Origin: Schmidtea polychroa
Taxonomy: Eukaryota
DNA: 64,000 bases
NCBI GenBank assembly: GCA_044892525.1
Contig: CM097885.1
Span: 144,212,001-144,276,000 of the forward strand
Direction of reading: 5' to 3'
The notes beneath the pieces are model-generated. The model was not told the origin of the DNA, searched no databases, and saw nothing but the letters and a program-made list of their open reading frames with translations. Shown here one piece after another: positions 9,179 through 20,715 of the stretch. Position 1 is the stretch's first letter. Each line of letters opens with the position of its first letter. A program made the translations under genes and the position numbers.

Positions 9179-11365
9179 AGTTCATCTCAGATCGCCAGCT
9201 ACCCGTTGACATCGACGAAATGATTGCCGAAGGGGAGGTATTCCCGTAGAGAACTCTTCCATCGGTCTCGATTCTCCTGAATCATGAACTATCTTGAAAA
9301 ATTTGACGATTTAGTGGGCATGATTCTTGGTGTTCTGTTATTATGTAAATGGTCGAGAATGTTCGTCTATGTTCTTTTAATATAATTGTTCGATTTCTTT
9401 GAATGAGTTATTGGTGTGCGTGATTTCGTGACTGATTTGAATGAAAAAGTTATCATGAAGGTGTAATATGAGAATAAAGGTCGTCCCTTTGGACCAGGGT
9501 CGGACTAAGTTATGTGTGTAGAATTGGATAAGACCTCCTAAGGCACCGTGGAACCCGAACGGAGAAGGGGTTAGGAGTAGTCCTAAGGCAGGGGCTCACC
9601 TGCTAACCTTTTCCAACCCGTGTGGGCAGTACCAACGTGGAACATCACCACGGGCTCATACGTGGGAATATTTGTATGATCATTTGGAGTATGTAAGGGA
9701 AGTGTCTGAGCGGAACGATGAGGCTTTGTATGGCTGACAATCATGTATATATATTTTTCTTCTCCCACATCTACCAACACAGTTCACTATCAGTTCTTAT
9801 GGTAGAGCTCATCTTCTACCAACAGCCACACTCTAAATTGTAGCTTGCGACGGGCGTTTAGTGGTCGAATAATATAATTATGAGAGGTTACTAGAGGAAT
9901 GTTAAACATAGCTAATGTATCGAGTAGACAAACATCCAAAAGTGAAATATTCTTCTCACAGATAACCCACCAGTTTGCTCACTTTTCAAAAGAACTCACT
10001 CATTCAATACAGTTCCAACTTTGGTTACTCATCGGGTATCGCGTGGTAGGCAACATTGCATTTTGGGTTATGCTGGAGACAGCACGAAAGGGTAAAATGT
10101 TGATTATCTGTAACCAACCATTTCTTATTATCACAGTTCTTCTGAATTTGTTTTATCATTGCTATCTCTTTTTTGTTATATTTTTATAATTTTCTTACCG
10201 AACTTCTTTGACAAGTTATTATTTTAATATTATTTTTATTTTTATGATTTTTCGTGTCTGTTTGCTCAATATTTAACTTTATTTGGTGTTTTCATCGTGT
10301 TTGATTTTAACTCAACTTAATGATATGTTTTTCGTGTTGTGTTACCGATCTATTTCTTCAAAATCTTCACAATTAGAGTTTTGTTCTATTTTATGTCAGT
10401 TTTGGCCCAACAAATTAACACAAAGGACAAATTTTTGCAAGAATCTGAAAACCAATGAATTATTCCTTCAACTGGCTCTTGCACTCATGGGTCCAAGGCA
10501 ACAGGGAGTCGGAAGCAAATCAATTAACGACATAGGAGAAGGAGCTTATAAGAAATTAGACAGATCATCTTAGAAGGGCTGAGTCAGATCAGCGAAACAG
10601 AATTATGAATCAAGAAACAGGCCAAACAGAAATAGAATCCCAATAGTGATAGCAATCCGACAAAGAAGAATGAGAAATGAGATTAAATCAATAAAAGTAG
10701 TAGTGTTTTGTATTAACATGAAATACCAAATTGCGTTCAGTAAAAATAGTGGAAGTGATTAAAATTTGATTATGAATGCTTTATTATTTATTCAGTCTTT
10801 CTTTCATGATGTTGTCTTTTCAGATTCGGTAGATTTAGTTAAGTGTGAATTCTATTTTTCCATTTGTGTTTTTCAGTGATGGGTAACTTTGTCTTTGAAC
10901 TTATTGTTGGGATAGAATCAAGTCTTCCTTTTTAATCAGCTTCTTTGTGTTAAGCTAGCAGGTAAATAGGCAACTGAGATATCTACATAGCATGTAAAAA
11001 GCGCCAAGAATACTCAAACTAATTTGAAAAACACTAAGTAAAACTAAAGTAAAAATAAAATAAATTAAACATAAATAATAAATTTATAAAACGCAAGTTG
11101 GCGTATACGGAAAAAATTTGAAAAGCATAAAATTTACATAAATCATCGAAAAAGACACATAAATAGCAAAAAATACTATCTTTTTCATGGAATGAGAGCA
11201 GTATGTAAAGGCGACCCCTCGATCAATCAGAGAAAAAAGAAAAGAAAAGAGTTAAAGTAAAAACAATAAATTTAAAAAAAATAAAGAAATCAACCAATCA
11301 AAACGATTGGAATTTCAGATTAAAAAAATAAAAAATAATACACAATCTGAAACACACAAGATTTA

Positions 11366-11428
11366 TCCTGATTGGTCGAAGGCATGTACAACAAAACTAT
11401 ATAAAGGGTCATCTCAGTAGCCACTTTA
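11366..11428 (+). promoter_or_regulatory. Second copy of the Y-box plus TATA promoter module
   Basis: TCCTGATTGGTCGAA, TATATAAAGGG, AGTAGCCACTTT, again after a long A-rich tract. Confidence 0.45.
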
Positions 11429-13328
11429 CCCGTTTTATTATTTTTTTCAAAATTTATCCAACGATTCTTGAACTACTTTTCAAGGCTTGAAGTAATTTTT
11501 GTCAATTCTACAGAAGATTGCTAACCATTTCATTTAATTTCGAAGCAATTATTACACTTTTGCTTTACGGATTAATTGGAATTATATTGTGGAAATCTTT
11601 ATCGCACGATTCACCAATTTTCACGTTTATTTTCCGCAGATAAAGAGAGCTCCATTTTATTAGAGTACTAATGGATTCTAGCCCAGCCTAAGCTAAACTT
11701 TTGTGACCATTTTTGAAAAATACTGTGAAATTTTATTTGGAACTTTCAATAAACGCATATATATCTAACGGGTAATTGTTATTTATTGAATATGTACATT
11801 TATTAGTGAAGAGTATCTTAATATTGGATTTAATCAATTGTTTCTAAGATATTTAGAATGTAATAGTTTATTAAAATTTCTTGATCATTCGCGTTCATTC
11901 ATTCCGTCTTATAAAATAATTTCATTCATTTTGGGAACTAATTTAAATTATCTAGTTCAATTGTAGATTTATCATCATTTGTAAAGATTTTTAAGTTTAT
12001 GCTTCAGCATTGCTGTAATTTATTGATAAGTGGAGTAGGCATCGTGAAGGGGTAGACGAGAAGGTACCAGTTAATTTCTCACAGGCCTGTTTACGGTGCA
12101 TGCTCACTATAAGTAGGACGATTTCAACAAGGGCTCTAAAGAGGGAGTTTTTGATTTTAAATTTTCGTCAAGTTTACAGTAGATTTATCTTGGTGGCAAG
12201 GGTTTAACAGAAATCATCATCAAATCCCACAATGGTTAGATTTTACCACATGGGCAGTGTCCACGACGGCACATATAGCAAATTGACCTATACACCGAAC
12301 CATCAAATATCCAGCACTTTCGACAAGATGTCAAACCGATAAGTCCGTATTACTGACGTTCGAAAACACAATAGACGAATAGCTGCAACAACCAGTAGAA
12401 TAGACGTAAAGCTATTACCTTAAGTTTGTTCACCTCTATTGATAAGAGAGAACATTTAAACACGGGGAACTCAGGAGTCAACAGAATGACACACTTTCCA
12501 AACTAAAGTGGTAAATGGCCGATACTCCTTTTTGTGTTGGAAACGTTGTCAACATTGCAGCTCGCGAATTTCCCCAACAAAACGGTCACGTCGATGATTG
12601 CGATTTTTTTGTTTTTTATATATTTTTGTAAAATCGATTGAATCGACATGGTTCCGTCCGGACTACGCCCAGAATCTCTATCGACTAATCGAGGCAAGAG
12701 AGTAGCAAATAATGTAAGTGGGTTGACATGGGAACGTGATAAATTATTACCAATTTAAATTTGTAGTAAGAGAGTGAAATAAAATACTAGGAGTTCTGCC
12801 CATTTGTTCTCAATTACGTTACACAACACCAACATGCTAATAAAAGGAAGTGATCATTAGTATTAAAAAAGTAAATCAAATTTATTTGGGGTTTTTGAGT
12901 CACTGTAAATTAATAACTCGAAATACCAACAAGAATTAATGAGATTAATATGTAAAATATAAAAATGTAATGCCAGTCCATTATTAAATAGTAATTTAGT
13001 TTTGTCACTAATTTATTAATAGCTGGTCTAAGTATCTTTATGAAATTCTATCATTTTAATTACTTCGAAAATAAATTTTATGAGACAATAAATATAATTT
13101 TTGAAAATTTCGTTTATCATGTAATTAGTAAATTTAGATTCTGTTATTGTAAAAATTATCTAATTGGATGTATGCAAATTTTTTTTATAAATTTATATTA
13201 CCTGTGCATACCATTGTACACATTTACTATTAAATTTCATTATTCATGTAGCACACTAACTTAATTTTACTTAATATATTTAATTTACACTATGTTTTAA
13301 TTATATCAATAATTTTATCATTTTTAAA

Positions 13329-13701
13329 ATGACTGTCGAGTTGTATATTTCTTCTGTGTCTGGTAGTTCAAAAGTTATTTTTATCTTCTTTTATTGTCTT
13401 TTAAATATAATATATTATTTAATAGATTAAATCCGAACAAACCTATGTCCACGACCTTTTAGTTAAGATGAAAGTAACATTTCAAACAGTAGATATTTCA
13501 GTTGAAACTGAAAAACGAGATATTATGAAAGAAAAAGTTCTAGCATCAGGGGCTAAAGCATTTACTCCACCAAGAGTTTTAAAGGATGGAAAATATATTG
13601 GGGTAATAGTTTATTTATTTATAATCTACTTATCCATTTAGGGTTATGATGAGTTTTATGAAGCTGCCGAAGCTGAAAATCTCGAAAGCATATTTCAATA
13701 A
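13329..13701 (+). CDS. SH3BGRL: SH3 domain-binding glutamic acid-rich-like (thioredoxin-fold) protein, 93 aa; exons 13329-13373, 13426-13602, 13642-13701
   Basis: Spliced product MTVELYISSVSGSSK|IKSEQTYVHDLLVKMKVTFQTVDISVETEKRDIMKEKVLASGAKAFTPPRVLKDGKYIG|GYDEFYEAAEAENLESIFQ aligns end to end with the SH3BGR family pattern. Both introns are GT-AG and phase 0 (52 and 39 nt). Confidence 0.9.
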
Positions 13702-16149
13702 TTTAAAGTTATTTTAATTACATAAAAAATGACAATACCACTATAAATGACATTGGCAATTATTCGGTATATTGATTTTATTCCTATAACTTGAAATTTT
13801 CCAATGCTGAGAAATCAAATTTATGATTTTTTAGACACTATAATTGGTATTAAATTTTTTAGTTTTTTATTTTTATTAGTTTATATTGAATAATATAATT
13901 TTTTTGTGAAAATTTTTATAATTCCATTATTACAATATTGTGTCGCTGTTTCAAATATATTGTGAATTTTCTCTTATTTTTTAAATATGTTTTTCTTAAA
14001 AACTAATAAGTAATGTACTTTTTAAATTTTTTTTACTCAATTTTTGCAAAAATATTGTTTTATAAGTTTCTGAAAAATTGTAATCTCAAGTGATTAAGTG
14101 ATGGATTTGCGAGAAATTCATTTATGTAATTTGTTTCTAATTATTTCAAATATTATAGGAATACATTCATGTATAATGGGTCTTAAATATTTATTAAATG
14201 CTAATTCAAATTTTAATGTAATAATATAAAATCAACAATGACTTCAAAGTCGTTCAAATCCAAACGGATGTCGTGATCAATTACACATCTTATATATTTT
14301 TGTTTAATTATTATATAGCGGAAATATTGTTTCATTAGTTAATGGAAACTGGTCGTAGTTAGTTTACAAATTGTCGAAAAAAAGTATCAATTAGTTCACG
14401 TTTCTCAGATATAACCGCAGCTTAAAACGCACTGTTTTAATATTTAAAATAGGGGTAATGAATGATGTTATTTCACCATACGCTTTATTTTTTAATAATT
14501 ATAATAATAAACATTTGACACAAGACAGTTTAATTATATTCCTCCTTAATCTGCATAATATAATAGCTCTAATAATTTTCTTTTTAATTATTCTATCTGT
14601 CTTGATTCGATAAAGTTTTTCAAAAATCTTCCGAGCGTTTTGTAATAACAATTATTTAATTTTTCCAAAATTTCGGACATAACTTAATTTTTTATATTTC
14701 ATCGCTCTTTTATTAAAATAACTTTCCATAATATCTTTCTACAAATTAACATAAATTAATCATTGAGTGCAAATATTGATCTGACTTTAAAGCGTGCCTT
14801 AATTGAGAACAATAACGAATCCCAGCTAATATAAACTTTTATTGATCAGCACAATTGATCACCAATTTACAACCACACAAATGATACGATATTACAACAA
14901 TGACTTTGAGTGCTTCTTGGAGGAATAGCACATCTATAATACAGCTTGGAATTCACAATCAATTTCATGTTGCTTCTGGTTTCGACAATCCATTGTCTCG
15001 ATTCGATTGCTTTCCTGTCTTTAAGTTGAAAATACTATTTACTCGTGATTAATAAATTTAATAATTTGTTTTAATATGCTTCTGCGAACTGACAATGTTT
15101 TCACCCTTAATTTCTAATTCAACTTGTCTGCTATTATTAATTATGTTTTCTCGTTCGTCTTTTTCTTTTTAAAATTGCGTTCCTTAATCCAAGTCCTATT
15201 TCACTTTTATAGTTTGTCATGCAATGGTACTTACAAATAATTATTTCTACTTCCAGCTTATTTCCTTTGGTCATCCGTAATTCCTTTTCAAATTGCATTT
15301 GTTAATTAAGAAGGACTTATGTCGAATTTCATCGTTTAATTTTATTTATTATGTTATTTTCTTCTCACTTTTAATTTCTTTTTCTCCTGTTTCTAAAAAT
15401 TCTGGAACAAGATACACTTTATTTAAATTTTATTATTTAGATATTCTCAACAATATAAAAAAACTATTTGTATACTTAATCAGTGAACAGACATGACAAG
15501 ATATTTGTATAGTGTTGGCTTATTAATAGAAAGCAGGTGGATTGGCCACCGCTGAGGATTTTTTCTCTCTAAAATTCCTAGTATTTTATGTAGGTCAACT
15601 CAAAATTTATAATTTTTAAGGTATTTTCACGATTATTTTTAGTTTTTATTTAGGTCAGATAAACACTGGATCATTGTACACTATACACATATTTTAAAAT
15701 ATTCGACAAATAATATACAATGTAAGTAAAACATGATCATTTGAATACCATACAACAAATTCTTAGGACATTTAATAACAATTACATGGTCATCTTAAAT
15801 ATTTTTTAGTAAATTCTTCAGTAATTTAGTAAAATATGACCATCTTCAAACAATATTTAGCAATTTTTAGACAATTTAGTTAGTAATTCAAAACTTATCG
15901 GGGTCAATTTATATATCTTTATTAAATGCATAGTTATTCATAGTAAATTTAAGCAAAATCATAGACAATTTAGTTATAAATTCATGCTTTTGGAGGTACT
16001 ATTTTGTAGATAATTTAGTTAAATATAATATTTTCAAACAATATTCAGCAATTCATAACAAATTTGTGTATAGTTGACAGAAATACATAATTATCTGTGT
16101 AATTATCTGTATAAATGTCTATATTGCGAACAAGGGAAAAATGGCTTAA

Positions 16150-17335
16150 GCGGTCCTTGACTCCGATAACCAGATATTTTCAACCCATAAATCTACAATC
16201 AAAGAGAAAATGGATGATATCTTGACCATCGCACCAGATGTTAAGATAACCACAGATATTGACACCATAGATTTTCCAAGACAAAATGATAGCTACAATA
16301 TCTCTGACTTTATCAAAAATTCCGAGGAAACAAACATTAGCTCACTTGACGCAAGAAAAGAAAGAATGATCTCGCGGATATAATATCAGAAGATATCAAA
16401 AAATTCAAATGACAAAATAAGGAGAGAAATGTGTAGATCGAAAATATTATAAAAAGTTTTAGACCACAAGATAGATATAAACCAAATACTAAACTGATTC
16501 TCCAAAAAATACAATGAAAGAAACCAAAAAGAACCTACCGAAATGGAAAGAAACCTCTGGCTCAATGTTCCTGCCAAATTCAGAGACTGTACGTCCTGAA
16601 TTCTGGAAGAGCAATGAAGGAAATCGACAAGGTAAATACCAATATTCAGGACCTAAGTAAGTGACTTCCACTTCGAAAGAGAAAACCAACCTGCACCCGG
16701 AATATGATCAATGACATAACAAAAGTCATTAACATAACGATTTACAATATCAAAACCTCCAAGAATAGCAACGACAGAGCACCTGGGGAAGACAACTTTC
16801 CAATAAAGAAATTGAAAGAATGGATGAAATATGAGTTTCCTGGTGCAAATATTCAACAACATTCAGGAAACCTATGACATCCCAAAAACTTGTCGAAACT
16901 TTAAGACAATCCTTATCTTAAAACCTGGAAAGGAAGACAGAACTAGCTATCTATCAAACCGGAGGCCAATTGCCACCATGTCTATCAGTTATATAATCTT
17001 TATGAAAAAATAAACCATCGTGTAATGAGATGGATTCACCAAAACAACCTATTGCAAACCTAGCCAAGGTACACAATTTCTTTACACTTCAAACTAATCT
17101 TCTCTTTTCTTGGCGAAGACATCAAAACCAGCAATCGATAAATTTGACCAAGACATCAGACAACTAATAAAATCAAATAAGGTTCTGAATCTATCACCCA
17201 AACATCGCCTTATGGATGCGATTATTTATTCACCAAAACAGGTAGATGGTCTAGGACTGACAAAGGCTATTAACAAACAAGTTATAGAGTTTATAAGCAG
17301 TGTGCTCAAACAACTCAACAGTTACCATGGAGCGA
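16150..17335 (+). mobile_element. Degenerate, internally deleted non-LTR retrotransposon (RLE/R2-NeSL-like)
   Basis: RAPGEDNF...IFNNIQETYDIPKTCRNFKTILILKPGK...NRRPIAT (N-terminal RT domains), then a jump to the post-RT motif AIIYSPKQVDGLGL. RT core missing; many stops. Confidence 0.7.
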
Positions 17336-17338
17336 TAA

Positions 17339-18270
17339 GGGAACGTTCGTAAATTACGTAACGCTAAAAATCGACTTTTTGATCCCCTCCTCTTGTAACA
17401 AATCATAACAAATTCTGAATCGCCTGACCATGTCGCGTAACGTAACAAGAAATTTTAAACTTCATATTTTGAAAAAATAATTTTTTTAAAATCAAGTTTA
17501 ACTTATTTTCATTTTATTTGTTCTCACCATTTTTCAATATTTTATCTAACTTCAAAATTATTCATTCTCCCATGGGCCCTAAAAATGTTTATCTAAGCTT
17601 ATCACTGGAATATTTCTTTCCTCAACTGACTGTAAGATTATTGCATTGGCTAAGTCTAAATAATTTTCGTCGATCCATTCGCATGCTTCAATTCCAACTG
17701 ATTCTTCATTTATAACCATAAATTAATTATTATGTTTATGGAGTACTAATTTTGGCTGGATTCTTGTTTTTATCATATCTTTTTCTTTTGTGTGCATTTT
17801 GCGATGATTATGGAGTAATGTTAAGGAAGCAAAATAAATTCCACATTTAGGATAAGTGCAAGATTTGATTTTTACTTTGATACTTAGGCAACAGTTATGG
17901 CATGTCAGCAACGTCAAATGCAAAACTTTGAAATATTTGAAATTCTCATTTTCAACTGAAGCTATGTCAATCATAGGCGAATAACCCAGTGATATTGGTG
18001 GTGGTAAAAATCGAGACTTGAACACTTTTGGAAAACTTTTACGAAACAGTGAGAATCATCTTTCGTCGTTAGACTTCATGATTTGAGTCATGTATTGTGT
18101 TGACCTTAAATGCTGAGCGATCCAAGCCTGATTTATGAATTATACTCGAATTTTCTATTTCAGAAGAATCACGATAGATAAAATCAGCAACCGTTTCATT
18201 GTCATCAATCATAATATTTTAAAAAACTTCACTTAATGCTTCAAACTCAAAAAATTCCGAAAGTGACATT
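17339..18270 (-). mobile_element. Zator-like DNA transposon, 3' fragment with one TIR
   Basis: Terminus GGGAACGTTCGTAAATTACGTAACGC preceded by TAA (fits a TWA TSD). Minus-strand relic reads WIAQHLRSTQYMTQIMK...RFLPPP...CTYPKCGIYFASLTLLHNHRKMH, matching the Zator transposase C-terminus as I recall it. Confidence 0.6.
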
Positions 18271-18482
18271 TACACTGGCCAAAAAAATATCTAAAATTAT
18301 GAAAATTCGTTAAATAATAATCCTTTTTTCTTCTTTTCATAAAATAGTTAAAAATTTAAAATATTGATATTATAGACAACAGCTATAACAAAATAAATGT
18401 TTAAGCATTTACCATTAAAAAATTACTTATCAACGTGTATGATTTTTCAAAACTTTTAATGAAATGTAATAAATTGCCCTTG

Positions 18483-20715
18483 AGTAGGTAGTTAGGGCAC
18501 CTCTGGCGCAATTACCCCCCGGGGAGGGGTCTGCGACAACTTTTGATTACGCAATTGCGGCAACTTACTTTTTTTTTGCTTTATGGGATTTTCAGTACAA
18601 AAATTTTTTTTCAGACTATAGTGAGGGCGTCTCCAAGGTCATGGGATTTTGTAAATTATAATTCTATAGTCTTTCATTGTAATTTTATTCTACGTGGTGT
18701 TGAGTTGACAATTACTTATTTTTGATGAAAATCATCATTTTTGTTAAATTTAGACATTTTGGAAAGGTTTTTCTACTGATTGTAATTAAAATATATTTTT
18801 GAAGACTAATAAAAAAATTTAATTTAAAAAACATTTCATAAAATATAATGAAGAATATTTAGTTGGTTTGTAAGTAGTTAGTTGTAAGTATCTAATTGTT
18901 TGAGAGTTAGTACTTGGTACCTGGTACCTAGTTGTTGGTTGTTTTTTGGTTGTTAGTACATAACTAAAATTATTTAGTAGCTGGTTGTTGGTAATTGAGT
19001 GTTGAATTATTATTATATTTGTCATTATTATTATTACTATTATTATTATTTTATCATTACGAATATTATTATCATTGAAATTTGCATCTAAATTTGTCTT
19101 TGAAAATTATTTCATAAAAATTTTCATTTTAAATTTCTATTTCTCAAACACTGACTATTATTCTAACTTTTTGTTAATAAATTTAAAAATCTTACTTTAA
19201 TTTACTTATTACATTACTTTACTTATTTAAAAATTATTACTTTAATTTACTTATTTAACTTTAATTTAAAATTATGAACCTTAATTTACGTATTTATAAT
19301 TTTTAACTTTAATTTACTTATCCTTAATTTACCTAATTATCCTTTATTACTTAATTTTACACCATAATTTACTTAACAACTAAATATAACCCTTATTTTC
19401 ATATTTAACCAATAATTTCATGTGGTCATTGATTAATTAATGAAGATTTGCATCTAAAATTAACATTGAAAATCCCAGAAAAACTTTCATCTTAAATTGA
19501 CTTTAACTTTAATATTTTAGATCATTAAAAATTAAATATTAATTTACCTTTTTAACCAATAATTTCTTGTGGACATCTGGTCGTAAGTACTTGGTATCTA
19601 GTTCACAGTGCTTAGTACTAGGTATCTTGTACTTGGTTGTTAGTATCTGTTAGCAGGTTGAAAATACTTCGTATCTGGTTGTAATATACTTGGTAGTTTG
19701 TATCTAGTTGTTAGTACTTAGTATCTGGAAACTGGTTGTTAGTATCTAGTTGTAGGTATCTGGTTGCTAGTACGTGTTCGTAAGTTACTGGTAAATGATA
19801 CTAAGTTGTTAGTACATGGTACTTGGTATCTGATTGTTGGTTTGTTGTTGAATTATTATTATTAAATATAATTATTAAAATTTGTCTTTGAAAAATATAT
19901 CATTAAAATTTTCAATAAAAATTATCTTAAAAAAGTATTCCATAAAAATTTACATTAAAAATTACTTAAAAAAATATATCATAAAATTTTTATTAAAATT
20001 TATCTTAAAAAATTTTATTTCTCAGGAGCTATTGGTTATTCAAACTTTTTGTTAATAAATTTAAAAATCTCACTTTAATTTACTTATTACATTACTTTAA
20101 TTTACTTATTTAACTTTAATTTAAAATTTTTGACCATTGATTACTTAATTTTAAAATTTTAGACCATAATTTACTTTAATTTTTAATTTTGAACCTTAAT
20201 TTACTTATTTGAGCCCATTCATTAGTTTAATTTTAAATTTTAGACCTTAATTTACTTATTTGAACCCATTGATTACTTTAATTCAAATTATTAGACCCAT
20301 AATTTACTTTATTTTAAAAATCTGAGCCCCTGATTTACAGTAATTCAAAAATTTTTACCATTATTTACTTATTTATCCTTTATTTACCACGCTTTTTTAG
20401 TGAGGACCCTTTTTTGTATTGAAAATCCCAGGACCAAGGAGACCCACCCAAATAATACTGACTTATCATTGGCTTTTTGTATTTAAAATATCCTGAGACC
20501 TTAAATTACTATGACTTTTTTAGCGATAGTCGGATTTTTATTGAAAATCCCAGGACCATGGAGACCCCCTCACCATAGTCTGAAAAAAAATTTTTTGTAC
20601 TGAAAATCCCATAAAGCAAAAAAAAGTAAGTTGCCACAGTTGCGTAATCAAAAGTTGCCGCAGACCTCCCCCCGGGGGGGGGGTAATTGCGGCAGAGGTG
20701 CTCTAGCTACCTACT
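18483..20715. mobile_element. Non-autonomous Polinton-like element (2233 bp) with about 170-bp TIRs and 6-bp TSD
   Basis: TIRs 18483-18650 and 20544-20715, termini AGTAGGTAG...CTACCTACT, flanked on both sides by CCCTTG (18477-18482 and 20716-20721). Interior is only AT-rich tandem repeats. Confidence 0.8.

Noticed and set aside
9478-9665. HDV-like ribozyme
   Set aside because: P1, P3 and L3 could not be assigned consistently; kept only as an unexplained structured segment.
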